Positions 33,590 through 46,812 of a stretch of 64,000 nucleotides of DNA are shown one piece after another. The position numbers and the translations under genes were made by a program. Source of the DNA: Malacoraja senta. Lineage: Eukaryota. The first letter of the stretch is position 1. The number at the start of each line of letters is the position of its first letter. The DNA lies in contig JAXLNO010000147.1 in the NCBI GenBank assembly GCA_038087875.1, positions 1 through 64,000 of the forward strand, read 5' to 3'. Under the pieces are notes generated by a model, which saw only the letters and a program-made list of their open reading frames with translations, did not search any database and was not told the origin of the DNA.

Positions 33590-35245
33590 GTAGGAAGGAA
33601 CTGCAGATGCTGGTTTAAACAGAAGATAGCACAAAAAGCTGGAGTAACTCAGCAGGTCAGGCAGCATCTCTGGAAAAAGGAACTACAGATGCTGGTTTAT
33701 ACCAAAGATAGACACAATAAGCTGGAGAACTCAGCCAGTCAGGCAGCATTTCTGGAGAAAAGCAATAGGTGACGTTTCGGACCGAGACCCTCTTTCAGAC
33801 TGAGAGTCAGGGGAAAGGGAAATTATATCTATAGATGGTGATAGAGAAATATAGAACAAATGAATGAAAGTTATACAACAAAGTAACGATGATCAAGGAA
33901 AGGTGGAGCCTGCAATGGTCCATGGTTTGAGAGAAGGAATGTGTGACCTTTCTTGTCGAGATCCTTCTTCTCCAGAGATGCTATCTGTCCCACTGAGATA
34001 CTCCAGCATTTTGTGTCTATCTTCAGTGTAAACCAGCATCTGCAGTTCCTTCCTACATACATGGTCCATTGTTGGCAGCGAAAATAGACACAAAATGCTG
34101 GAGTAAATCAGCGGGACAAGCAGCATCTCTGAAGAGAAGGAATTGGTCCTCCATCCTATTCTCCGACTAGTTTTACTGTCCTCCTGATTAATTTTAATGT
34201 TTGCATACCTCGTTGTCACCTTCCCCTCAGCCAACAATGAACACAAAACGCTGGAGTTACTCAGCGAGACAGGCAGCATCTTTGGAGGGTCTGAAGAAAG
34301 GTCTCGACCTGAAACGTCATTCATTCCTCTCCTATCTATCTAGGGTGGGGGTGGTGTGTAGGAAGGAACTGCGGATGCTGGTTTAAACCGAAGATAGACA
34401 CAAAATGCTGGAAAACTCAGCAGGACAGGCAGTATCTCCGGAGGGAAGGAATGGGTGACGTTTCGGGTCGAGATTCTTCTTCAGAGTGAGAGTCAGGGGA
34501 CAGGGAGACAGAGATATGGAATGTTAAGATGTGAGAACACAGACCAAAGGGGACTATGGTCAAGGAAGGTTCATTGTTAGTGGAGGGGAAGGTGACAACG
34601 AGGCAAACAATCAGTAAAATGGTTTAATCAGTTAAACTATTCGGAGAACTAGGAGGGGTGGGGCGGAGCGAGGGGGAAACAATGCTTACTTGAAGTTAAA
34701 TAAATCAATATTCATACCGCTGAATAGATACAAAAAGCTGGAGTAACTCAGCGGGTTCGGCCGCATCTCTGGAGAAAAGGAATAGTGGACATTTCGGGTC
34801 AAGATCCTTCTTGTAAGGTGCCCAAGCGAAATATGATCTGCTGCTCCTCCAATTTACCTTGGGCTTCACTCTGGCAGTGGAGAGTGGACGGAGAGAGAGG
34901 GGATGCAAGGGTTACTTGAAGGTAGATAAACCAATGTTCATACTTTAGTTTAGTATTTAGTTTAGAGATACAGCACGGAAACAGTCCCTTCGGCCCACCG
35001 AGTCCGCGCCGACCAGTGATCTCAACCAACACATACCGCTGGGTTGTAGGTTGCCCAAGCGAAATATGACGTGCTGTTTCTCCAATATACGTTGGGCTTC
35101 ACTCTGACAGTGGAGGGTGGACGGCGAGTTAGGGGATGCAAGGGTGAAGTCTGAAGAAGGATCTCGACCCGAAACGTCACCTATTCCTTCCCTCCAGAGA
35201 TGCTGCCTGTCCTGCTGAGTTACTCCAACATTGTGTGTCTATGCT
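33590..35245. repeat. Cluster of Penelope-derived short repeats in both orientations, plus an HE1 tail
   Basis: Repeated ggaaggaactgcagatgctggttt...gctggagtaactcagc...ctgaagaagggtctcgacccgaaacgtcacc units. Confidence 0.85.
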
Positions 35246-35249
35246 CGAT

Positions 35250-35720
35250 GCGAGGGCTGCTAACGTGCAGTGAAGGGGGGAAGGCGCGCCACATGGGCTC
35301 GGGGAGGTTTGTAGGCCGGCGCTCGCCGTAGGCCGCGGTTGCCGGGGCAACGGCTGTAGTGCGGGGTGACAGAGGGTCGGAGTGAATGACAGGCCCCACA
35401 CAGCAGCGGCGGCGGCTCCACCTCCTCCTCCACCCGCACCCCGCCCGTCCTCATAGCAGCCTCTGCGTGCCACTCCGCCAACGGCGATAACCGCTTTCAA
35501 AACAACCCCTCCCGCAGGCCGAGGCCGGGAGGAGGGAGGGCCCCCTTCCGCCGTCTGAAGCACCTGCACCTTCCTGTTGACTGGCGGAGGAGGGCAGACG
35601 GTGGCGAGGAGACCCCAACTGCCTCCCCCTTTGGCTGCGGAACTTGGCGGTGGACAGGGACGGCCAAGGCAGCGGGGCGATGATGCCGGAGTTGTCCGAG
35701 GAGCGCTGACCTTCCTTCCT
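35250..35720. promoter_or_regulatory. CpG-island-like segment with RFX X-box (35338-35351) and GC boxes
   Basis: High GC/CpG; GTTGCCGGGGCAAC fits the X-box palindrome; ccgccc motif. Confidence 0.5.
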
Positions 35721-35799
35721 CCTCACTTCCTCTGCCCCTTCCCCTCTCTCTCTTCTACGCCCCCCTCCACCCCCCTTATCCTGGAACCCCTTCTCGCCA

Positions 35800-36450
35800 T
35801 CCCGCACTGATCCCCATTCGCGCCTCTATTCAGCCCTCCCCATCTACCCCCCCCATCTATTCATCCTCCACTGATCTCCCTATCCACCTCAGATTCTCCT
35901 GCCACCCCACATCCATCGTACACTGGTCCCGCAATTCATCCTGTACTGACCCCCCTTCCCATCCATCCTGCACTGCTCTGCCCATTCATCCTGTACTAAT
36001 CGCCCAATCATCCTGCACTCTCTCCCGATCCATCCTGTCCTGACCCCCCTCCATTTATCCTGCACCGATCCCCCCAGCCATCCTGTCGTGATCTACCCAT
36101 TCATCCTGTATGAATTCCCCCATTCATCCTGCACCGACCCCCCCATTCATCCTGTAATGACCCCCCCCTCCATACTGTAGTGACCCCCCCATTCATCCTG
36201 CAGATCCCCCGATCCACACTGTACTGGTCCCCCCCCCCCCATTCATCCTGTATTGATCCGCCCATTCATCCTGCACTAATCCCCCCCCCAATTCATCCTG
36301 CACTGATCCACCCAATCATCCTGTACTGATCTGCCCTTTCATCCTGTTGTGGCCCCCATTCATCCTGCACAGACCCCCCCGATCCACACTGTACTGACCC
36401 CCCCCCCACCATTCATCCTGTACTGATCCTCCCCATCCATCCCGTACTGA
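35800..36450. repeat. Minisatellite, ~22-24 bp unit (ccattcatcctgtactgacccc)
   Basis: Direct inspection. Confidence 0.9.
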
Positions 36451-37049
36451 TCCAGTATGGTCCAGTTGCAACGTACTGGCTTCCTGACCCTACTGCATGG
36501 GAAATGTCTTCAGAGCGAACATTGACTATGTTTGATAACGGAATGTAATCAAATGTGTTTTAATTCCCAATGTTATTATTTGTTTTAATCCATAAAAATG
36601 GATTAATTAAATTGTGAACACGTGAAACATTAAAACCGCAGTGTTCAATTGTCACTGCTACTGTTGACACGTTATTACAGAATTCGTTTTAATGGCAAAT
36701 CAATGCTCCTAATATGGAGTATCAGTATTGTAGTTATTTAATGAGCAACATTCACAACTATACGTTCGATTTGTCCAGGTTTTACTTCTATGGTCGGTCA
36801 TATACATCACAAATTTGGTCAGGAGATATTTCATTTGAAATTTTAACGTTAATTCTGAAGTGGGAATGATGGAAACAGCGTTTATCAATATATAATTTTA
36901 TAAATCTGGTGCGTACAAACTTGGTATTTTCTTTGCTGTTCACAACACATACATCTAATCTGAATGTCCGGTAATGTGGCTTTTTGACACCTTTAAACAT
37001 ATTGCCAAAAGAACATTTGCTGCAGTTATGTCATTTGGCCATCTCTTAT

Positions 37050-37257
37050 AGACAATAGACAATAGGTGCAGGAGTAGGCCATTCGGCCCTTCGAGCCATT
37101 CAATGTGATCATCGCTGATCATCCCCAATCAGTGTCCCATTCCTGCCTTCTCCCCATATCCTCTGACTACGCTATCATTAAGAGCCCTATCTAGCTCTCT
37201 CTTGAAACTATCCAGAGAACCGGCCTCCACCGCCCTCTGAGGCAGAGAATTCCACAG
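37050..37257 (-). mobile_element. CR1 3' tail fragment
   Basis: Reverse complement of WNSLPQRAVEA and 3' UTR with (ctattgt)n tail. Confidence 0.85.
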
Positions 37258-38166
37258 ACAGTTCTTGTCAGTTAGTGTAATGTTTAACATGTCAGATGGG
37301 TATCGTCGGTTTTAACAGCTATTATCATAAAATGCCTTTAGAGATTTCCTTGCAACCTGGATATTTTGTTGTGGATAAATTATGTGGGAAGCAAGAGAGT
37401 TTATATACCAATAACGACCCATGCTTTGGCCATGTCATGATCATTTTCGGTCCTTCACAGAAAACAATCTGTAGTGTGCATAGTTAAGCATATATGTTAC
37501 CATGGTCCAGGATTTATTGACACAGGTTGATCATACGCTGAATGATCCAACCACATTTGTTTGGAAGTGGAACGAAATAGAAATTGCATTCATTGCAACG
37601 TGTAAAAAGAGTTGAGATACTGTATTATAATTTTGCTGCATGTCATCGTGGTATATATCATGTCTTGATTGGTTAATATGTTTAGTTTGTGACTATATTT
37701 GAAATAATATGTGAATGCTTCATTGAGCATAATTCCGACTGGTAACTGCCGACTTCATCCGAGCACATTACCGCACGCGCCAAGCAAGCCGTCTTAAATG
37801 ACCACCTAAACTGTCATTTGGCAACCTAAAAAGCTGCCTAAGTTGCCCGGTTGGCAACAGAGAAAAAAAGCCCTGATACAGTGCTGGTATAACTCAGCAG
37901 GTCAGGCTACATCACTGAAGGGAATGAATAGGTGATTTTTTGGGGGGGTTGTAAGAGGGAAGACGAGAAAGCTGAAAAAGAAGTGGGAGACAAAGCCTTG
38001 CAAGTTATAGGTGGATACAGGCGAGGAGGTTTTATTGGCGGTTGAGCTGATAAACAATGGAAAAAAAAGAGACAAGACGGTCAGATAACGAGAGAAAAGG
38101 AGTGAAATACAATGCAGAAGGAGGGAGATAATGGGCTTATATTCACTGGAATTTAGACTGGGCTTA

Positions 38167-39712
38167 TCTATATTACTAAACGTCTGATCTTGACCGCTTT
38201 TGGCTCGCTGTGCTGTGATTTCCAAGAGAACGCTGCCACCCACGGCCGTCATTTTGGCCACCTCGCTCAGAGCCCCCCTCCGCCTTCCGGGACCAGAGGA
38301 TTTTTCCCATCGATGAAAAATCAGAGAGATATTCATGTTTTTAAAACATTTGCCATTCTCTCTGCTGCCCCTGCTGGAGGGAGTGGGAGGGACTATAAAA
38401 CCAGGAAGTGGTGTGCCTCACTCAGTCTCTGCAAGATGGAGGAAGCCAGAGGGTCACGTCTCTCTGAATAACACTGAACACATGTCTACTCAACTGTGAG
38501 TGCCCTTAATGTGGTTTGAAAATGAAAATATGATTGGTTTGAAGTAAAAAGGCACTGCCTGCAAATGGTTGTTTGGGGGGTTTGGGTTGAAGTAAAAAGG
38601 CACTGCCTGCAAATGGTTGTTTGGGGGGTTTGGGTTGAAGTAAAAATGCACTGCCTGCAAATGGTTGTTTGGGGGGGGTTTGGGTTGAAGTGAAAAGGCA
38701 CTGCCTGCAAATGGTTGTTTGTCTAAACTTGACAACTTCCTGTTTGCACTACATTGATTTTAGATCAAACGCTACCAGTTACGGCTGTGATTTTTGGCCA
38801 TCTTACTCAGTTCCCCTCAGCTCATCAGGTACAGAGGATTCTTCCCATCAATGAAAAACAAAAGTGTTATTAGTGTTTAAAAAATGTTGAGAATCTCTCT
38901 TCTGTTGATCACGCCATGAAGGTCACACCTTCTCCGGTGGGAGGGGGAGGGATTATAAAACCCGGAAGTGTGGTTTTATAATCCCTCCCCCTCAGTCACT
39001 GCATGATGGGGGAGGGAGAGGTCATGACTCTGTCTGAGCTGTGAATCAACTGAACACACTGAATGTCTACTGAACTGTGAGTGTGGTGTTTTGTGTGGTT
39101 TTATGGTGGTTTTTATGGTGGTTTCACCCTGCTTTAAATAGTATGAAACTGCATTGAATGTGGTGGCCTTGCACCCTGCATGAAATGGTATGAAACTGCA
39201 TTTCAATGTGGTGTTGTTGCACCATGCATGAAACGGTATGAAACTGCATTTGAATTTGGTGGCCTTGCACCCTGCTTGAAGTGGTAGGAAACTGAACCTG
39301 AATTTGGTGGCCTTGCACCCTGCTTGAAGTGGTATGAAACTGCACTTGAATTTTGTGGCCTTGCACCCTGCTCGAAGAGGTAAGAAACTGGATTTGAATT
39401 TGATGGCCTTGCACTCTGCTTGAAATGGAATTTCAATGAATAGCCGCGAGTCAACTGCCAGCCCACCAGCCGTGAGTGAGCTGCCAGCACATCAGGCGTG
39501 AGGGACTGAGCTGCCACCCCAAGAATCCATTTGGCCCACAATGTCCATACTAGCCCTCTGGAGACCAGTAGTCCCTGCAGCCAACAACACCCATACCAGC
39601 ACTCCAGGAAGCCCCCCCCCAACTGACCACCAATATTGGAATTGGTGGAGAGGTGGAATATTGCGTCGGGGGACCAGCCCTGCCGTGTAAACATGGGGCC
39701 CACTTAGTCTAG
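38167..39712 (+). mobile_element. Non-autonomous Helitron
   Basis: 5' TC, 3' CTAG, inserted between A and T of CR1 gggcttA|Tattcactgg with no TSD; internal ~57-bp arrays at 38535-38722 and 39125-39430. Confidence 0.88.
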
Positions 39713-40100
39713 TATTCACTGGAATTTTGAAGCATAAGATGGGATCTTATAGAAACATAACATGTTTAAGGAATTGGATAGGCTAGATGCTGGAAAAATG
39801 TTTCCCATGTTGGGGGAGAATAAGGGGTAGGCCATTTACGACTGAGATGAGGAAAACCCTTTTCACCCAGAGAGTTGTGAATCTGTGGAATTCTATGTCA
39901 CACGTGGCAGTGTAGGGCAAATCACTGGATGTATTCAAGAGAGAGTTAGATATAGCACTTAGGCTAATGGAATCAAGGGATATGGGGAGAAAGCAGGAAC
40001 AAGGTTACGATTCTGGATGATCAGCCATGATAATATTGAATGGTGGTTCTGGCTGCAAGGGCTGAATGGCCTACTCATGCACCTATTTTCTATGTTTCTA
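39713..40100 (+). mobile_element. CR1 3' fragment (continues 38131-38166)
   Basis: YSLEF...FTQRVVNLWNS and tttctatg tail. Confidence 0.88.
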
Positions 40101-40999
40101 TATAGTTAGAATGGAGAGGGTTAAAGAAGAGGGGGATGGTGGGAGAAATGAGAGTGCATCTGGGGGGGGGGGCGGAAGAAAAGAGAGAACAGGGGGACAC
40201 AAAAAAGATGCAGGCCTTGGCGAAACAAGGGAAAATGTTTGGTGAAATGGCCGCCTCATCTACACAACTCTTAACCTGCAAAAGATACATCAGAACCAGA
40301 GATGTTTCGAAGGCCTTCATTAAAGTGCCACACAAAATCAAACAAAGTGAAAGGACCCAAGTAAAAGGATTGATGCTACGCAGCATCTTGTTTACTGCTC
40401 AGGATGTTTCCAGGAATGGAATAATGGAGTGGAATTATGCTAAAATAGATCATCATTGCATAATTCCCTGACATCACTGACATTTATTGTTTATAAATGT
40501 CAGTGACGACACTGCTGTGTCAGGAACTTAGCACGAGTCGCTGCCCTCTCCACCACTACACTGGGAACTCCTGGCTCTCCACAGCAAAGAAGTGGTTAAA
40601 GTGACATATGGTTCAGTCTGGAATAAGCCATGGTTGTCTGTAAGGGTTGGTAGTGGGTGCAATGGAGAACCCTAGTATCTTGTTAAGTTCCTGTTGTTCC
40701 CAGCCAAATTAACTCATTGATCAAAAGATGATTAGTAATTCCCAAGTTTGGTACCACACCTGTTGATCATGTTTGTATTCTCTCCAATGCTTCCATGTAA
40801 AGTCATACGTCTTTCCACATATGAAGCAGAATCAAAACTCAGTAACTTTGAAATTTTAATTCCGCCTCTACAGAAATAAATACTAACCTATGTTGTCTTG
40901 AGGACTAACTTCTTGACAACCATGATTAGGAGTGTAAGATGCAGAGGCACTATGAGATATTTTTGATTGCAAACGTCTGGAATTGTTAAGTTTGTCTGG

Positions 41000-41460
41000 G
41001 TTTGGGGATATTAGCTACAGGGAAAGGTTAGTCAGAATTAAGATTGTTTTCTCTCGAATGTCAGTCACCGAGACCTGATAGAAGTATATAAAATGAATGG
41101 CATAGATCAGATACAGTCAGAATCTTTTTAATCTGCAGAATGGAAAAATCAAATACTAGAGGGCATAGCTTCAAGGTGTGGGATGCAAAGTTCGAATGCG
41201 ATGTTGAGGACAATCTTTATAGATCTATTTTTATTTTATTTTTAAACAGAGGGTGTTGAGTGGCTAAAATGCGCTGCCAAGGTTGGGGATGAGATAGATA
41301 CGATAGTGGCATTTAAGAGGCTTTTTGATAGGCACATGAATGTGCAAGGAATGTAGGGATATGGATTAAATACACAGGTAAGCAAGAGATGGTCTTGGCA
41401 TCATGTTCAACACAGACATTGTGGCCCAAAGGGTCTGTTCTTGTGCTGTACTGTTCTATA
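41000..41460 (+). mobile_element. Old CR1 3' fragment
   Basis: Degenerate DLIEVYK...TRGHSFKV and tail. Confidence 0.65.
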
Positions 41461-43698
41461 AACATGCTTACAGCATGCAACAATCAGACTACAATAACAT
41501 AATTTTGCTGTTTAACGATATTCAGTTTCAACTTGATTAATAAAAGCTGGTTCTTCTCCGCGATCAATGGCAGTTGTTATTTAGACCAACGTCATTGAAA
41601 ATCTCCCTGGAGATGAATTTGGGCTTTGCCATTATTTTGCTGAGCTGGATGTTAGGTTAACAAATCACTCACTAAAATAATGCCCCAGAAAATGTGTGTA
41701 AAATTACATGATGTCACATTAATACAATTTTCAACTTTGCAACACTTGTTTTTCTGATGTGGCAAAATTCTAGGCTAGCTATCTAAGAATCTAAAGGGAA
41801 AAAATGAATTTGGACTTACAAATATACAAATTTCATGAAGTGGATTTAAAATCATGAAGTGGATTGAAGTGGAGCAAAAACAAACCGAACATATTTATAG
41901 AGGGACAAAACCAAAATTTCAAAGACGCAGTGTTGTGTTTAAAAAATATATGGATACACTAGGAGAGTTGTAAAAATGATTAATTATTGGTAGAAAAATG
42001 TGAAATTTTACTTCAGGAAAAGACAAAAACATTGAGGGAAGGTTTTTGGTCAACAGAATAGACATAATATACTTTTCCACTTAGTGAGAGTAAACCAACT
42101 TTTACAAAGCTATCAATGAGATAACAAGTAGGTAATTTAGAGGCAATTTCCTTACACTAGTGCTTTGCAACCTTTATTATGGAGAGGACAAGAATCAGAA
42201 ATTATTGCTAAATTAATCCATTTGTCTCCAAATTTATGAATATTAAAAGCTGGTTGTTGAAAATTTCTGTTAAAAGTGATCAAGAAATTGAACAATGACC
42301 AAAACAAGCAAAGACTTTCAGACAAACAAAGTCTGTAATCTCCATTAAATGAGCAACATTCCTTCATTATCATTGACATTACACCATCTGCTGTCTAATC
42401 TCTCCTATTGTTTGGGGAATGTCCATAATGTTTTCCTTTCATTTGAAATATGGTGGGGAGGTTAAACGATGAGGGGCAAAGTGAATGTGAAGTGATAGCT
42501 CCAGTGCAGTAACCAACACAACGGCACAGTATATTGTACTCCTGTAATACATTGAAATAAAAGCTAATTCCAATAATAAGCCTTCCCCGATTTTACCTTG
42601 GACATCAGGGCACGAGTGTCGAATATCCTGCCAATGTTCTTTAAAGAGCCAATCTGTCCATACTTGACTGTGGAGAGAAAATAATTTCTGGTATCATTAA
42701 CAATAGCATTGTTATACTGCAACAAACACATTACTGGAGAAACTCAGCGGGTACTTCCAAGTACTGTGGAAGCAAGGGAATAATCTATGTCTCTTGTCGA
42801 GACCCTGCACCAGGACTGAGAGTGTAGAGGAGATAACCAGAGGAGAGGGTGAAGATTTTACAAACAATGTGCGTCGAAGTAGAGCTGCAGCAGTTGAATT
42901 TCATTCGAGGACCCTCTGGAATAAATCCAAAGCCTAGATATTTAGCGTCACTCAAAACTGCTGCCCAACTTAGTAGGCAGTGAAATTGAGAGTCCTGCGG
43001 CTGTTATGGAACTGTAATTATCACTTGGTGCTGCAGGAAGCATCAATTGCAAGACTAAACAACTGAAATGCAGTACATTGATTCGCTCCCTGCTTGTTAG
43101 GCGAGTGAGTAAAACAATTTAAGATGCTGAACTCGACAATTAGTTATTTATGAGTTTTTTTGCCAGTTCTATGGCATTCTTCTATATCCTTCGATTGGCA
43201 CCTGGATATGCAGGGAATGGAGGTGTATGGATCACGTGCAGGCAGAGGAGATTAGTTTATCTTGGCATCATGTTCGGCACAGACATTGTGGGCCATGATG
43301 TTCTTTGTTCTATTCCTTTCTTTTAGTCAGTCAACTTTAGCTTAACAACAGCAACTTTGAGGTTGATTTGGCAACATTCAAATCAGTAACGTTGGCAAAA
43401 GTGTGTCGACCATCTGATTCGCTTCCAAAGACAACTTATGCAAATAAATTTTAAACCATGTATAACCAGATTTTTAATTATGCAATTTATATGGGATACA
43501 TAATCACATGGCACCTCAGAACCTACCTATGCAACATAACCGCAGCAGGGCTCCTGGTAAATCCTCCTCTTCGATCAGGAGTTGTACAACTATAGGAGGG
43601 GCAGGGATCTGTAGCACAATTAGCCAATTGATATTACTGTACAGGCTACAGGAGGGTGAAAGAATTTGGAATGAGTACATATTTTAATTCAGTGATAG

Positions 43699-45291
43699 TA
43701 GGTATGTTAAAAAATTGACCTTCAATGGCGCTGCAATTCTGCCACTGGCCGTGTGCGCGATTTTGGCACCTTTAAGGGGGGGGGGGGGCGGGCTTAAAAA
43801 GCGGGTTTCTCCCACCTTGTCCTGAATTATATTTCGTTGGAGTACAAGCGTTTGCTGAAAAATCGTTTCTAGGGGCGTTTTGTGAATTTTTTATTTTTAT
43901 TAAATCGACAATGTCAGCCCTGGAGTCACTTTAAAATCAACTCCTGAAGCCGTCAACGCCGATAACGGGGACGGATTTCACACACGGGACAGGTAAACGA
44001 AAGTGGTTTATTTCAATGTATAAAAGTGCTTCTTCAGAAGCCTTTAATTCACATTTTTTCATGCGAAACGGTGATTTTATTCCCCGAACTAACGGCAGTA
44101 TTTTCCATGCCAATACGGGGTTAAATTCACCGCAAATGAACGTTCCAAAAGATCGCGTTCCAGAAATCCTCACTCCCAAGATGAATTAAATGCCCATTAA
44201 TTTACAGGTATTAAACATTCAATTCCTTCCATTTGGCCTGTAAATTCATGACAATGAGATTTAAAAATGTTGTTATATTGTGAATTCTTGTGTGAATGTT
44301 ATTTGGACACTTAAAGGCCTGTCTCACGAGTCTGCGGTCATTGGCGGCGAAACGGGAAGAATCTGCCGCCATAGACCGCGCACTCGCGAGAACGTACAAT
44401 TCCGGGGCCGTGCGGCGGTGTTCCCAACACCGCACGGTGCTAAAATAAAATCGACAATGTTGAAAACTATATACTCACCGCACAACCTCCACCAGTGATG
44501 CACGAGTGCGGCACGGCCGCCCGCACGGGCCGCCGCCAGTGTGGCTCGAGCGCCGTGCGTCAAACCTCCACTGCCACAGCCTCCGCCAGTGAGGCACGTG
44601 CCTCCGCCAGTGAGGCACGTGTGTGGCACGGCTGCAGGCACAGCCACCGCTACAGCGCCGCCACAGCCGCCACTCGTGAGTCACGTGCGGCGGGCCGACG
44701 TCATCGCAGTCGGCCCGCCCTTTTTTTTAACTTACCTCAAGCACGTGGGACCCGCCGTGTTTGAATTACTCGGCCCCCGCGCAGCATCCGTGCGGACCCC
44801 GCTACCGGCGACGCCGCGCTTCAGCGCCGATGACCGCAAACAGGTAACACAGAGCCTTTAGGCTATTTAAAAATGTTAATCTATTCTTAAGAAATTGATA
44901 GATGTTTAGATCTAGTAATTGAATTTTGTAATTAGCTACAATTAGGTAACCAACTAATTATATGCTTTAATTTCATGTCTTCTAAGTAAGATTGTTTCAT
45001 ATTTGTTTCAGAATGCTTTAATCTATAATATCTGAACATTTCTTTCAGTTCTCTTAATTTTTAAGAAAGTTATGGGCTTTTAACTGTCCTCGGTCACAGC
45101 TTTTGTGTTAAGTCAATGGAAAAGCATAGGGAACAAGATGCTAATTTCCGAGTATGAAAATGGCCATCACTTTTTTAATACTGAAGATATGAAAGTGAAT
45201 TAGGTGTCAAATTAAACTTCTTTTATGCTTTATCTGATGGGATAAATTGCAGAATTTATTTTTAAAATCTCAAAATTTTGTAACATTGCTA
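43699..45291. mobile_element. ~1.05-kb non-autonomous TIR DNA transposon, copy 1 (contains MITE)
   Basis: Termini taggtatgtta.aaa / ttttgtaacattgcta; GTGATAG duplicated (7 bp, extendable to 9 depending on terminus). Confidence 0.8.
44314..44857. mobile_element. PIF/Harbinger MITE, copy 2
   Basis: TTA TSD; empty site ggacacTTAggctatt visible near 45938 in the neighbouring copy. Confidence 0.9.
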
Positions 45292-45332
45292 GTGATAGTG
45301 ATTCAGCAGTGGAAGTCTCACCTGACTATTAC

Positions 45333-46373
45333 TAGGTATGTTACAAAACTTACCTTCAGTCGCGCTGTAATTCTGCCACTGGCCGTGTGCGCGATTTTGG
45401 CGCCTTTAAGGGGGGGCGGGGTTAAAACGCGTGTTTCTCCTACCTTGTCCAAGTTAATATTGTGTTGGAGTACAAGCGCTGGCTGATGAATCGTTCCTAG
45501 TGGCGATTTGTGATTTTTTTATTTTTATTAAATCGTCAATGTCAGCTCTACAATAATTTTTAAATCAGCTCCTGAAGCGTCAACGCTGATAACGGGGACG
45601 GATTTCACACAATGGACAGGTAAACGAAAGTGCTTTCTTTAAATGTATAAAAGTGCTTCTTAAGAAGCCTTTAATTCACATTTTGTCATGCGACACGGTG
45701 ATTTTATTCCCCGAATTAACGGCAGTATTTTTCATGCCAATACGGGGTTAAATTCACCGCAAATCAACGTTCCAAAAGATCGCGTTCCAGTAATCCTCAC
45801 TCGCAAGATGAATTAAATGCCCATTAATTTACAGGTATTAAACATTCAATTCCTTCCATTTGGCCTGTAAATTCATGAAAATTAGATTTAAAAATTATGT
45901 TATATTGTGAATTATTGTGTGAATGTTATTTGGACACTTAGGCTATTTAAAATTGTTAATCTATTCTTAAGAAATTGATAGATGTTTAGATCTAGTAATT
46001 GAATTTTGTAATTAGCTACAATTAGGTAACTAACTAATTATACGCTTTACTTTCATGTCTTCGAAGTAAGATTGTTTCATATTTGTTTCAGAATGCTTCA
46101 ATCTATAATAACTGAAAATTTCTTTCAGTTACCATAATTTTTAAGAAAGTTATGGGCTTTTAACTGTCTTCGATCACAGCTTTTGTGTCAAGTCAATGGA
46201 AAAGCAATAGGGAACTAGATGCTAATTTCTGAGTATGATAATGGCCATAACTTTTTTAATACTGAAGATATGAAAGTGAATTAAGTGTCAAATTAAATTT
46301 CTTTTTATGCTTTATCTGATGGGATAAATTGCAGACTTTATTTTTTAAATCTAAAAATTTTGTAACATTGCTA
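45333..46373. mobile_element. Same TIR family, copy 2
   Basis: Colinear with copy 1; its own TSD CTATTAC. Confidence 0.8.
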
Positions 46374-46574
46374 CTATTACCACCATCTTTTGTACACGGC
46401 AAAGAGATGTGTACACTTATCCTCCATGACTCGCAGAATTCTGCTCTTGAAGACTTTGGGGTGTGGGGGGAGAAGGAAGGAGCCAACGCCGTGCAGCCGG
46501 CGCCTGTAGTCAGGATCGAACCCGCATCTGTGGCAGCGCCCGGGAACTGGAGGCCAGGGGAGGGGAATAGGGAG

Positions 46575-46812
46575 GGAGGGAGGGAGTGCCCGGGGTGGGC
46601 GGGGCTAAAGGGGGAGGGAGGGAGGGAGCGCCCGGGGTGGGCGGGGCTACAGGGGGAGGGAGGGAGCGCCCGGGGTGGGCGGGGCTACATGGGGAGGGAG
46701 CGCCCGGGGTGGGCGGGGCTACAGGGGGAGGGAGCGCCCAGGTTGGGCGGGGCTACAGGGGGAGGGAGGGAGGGCCCGGGGTGGGCGGGGCTACAGGGGG
46801 AGGGAGCGCCCG
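46575..46812. repeat. G-rich VNTR (~34-38 bp unit, about 6 copies) with GGGCGG boxes
   Basis: gggagcgcccggggtgggcggggctacaggggga repeats. Confidence 0.9.

Larger units (their letters stand above)
33037..37875. mobile_element. hAT-like TIR element with 6-bp TSD and heterogeneous cargo
   Basis: CAGGGCT...AGCCCTG termini, ATACAG on both sides, gttgcc/ggcaac subterminal motifs; flanks rejoin into one Penelope-derived repeat. Confidence 0.75.

Noticed and set aside
35177..35810. Protein-coding first exon in the CpG island
   Set aside because: Several frames are open because of GC content; none has recognisable homology or a clear start/donor pair
43699..46373. Simple tandem duplication
   Set aside because: Each unit has its own TSD and they are separated by unique spacer
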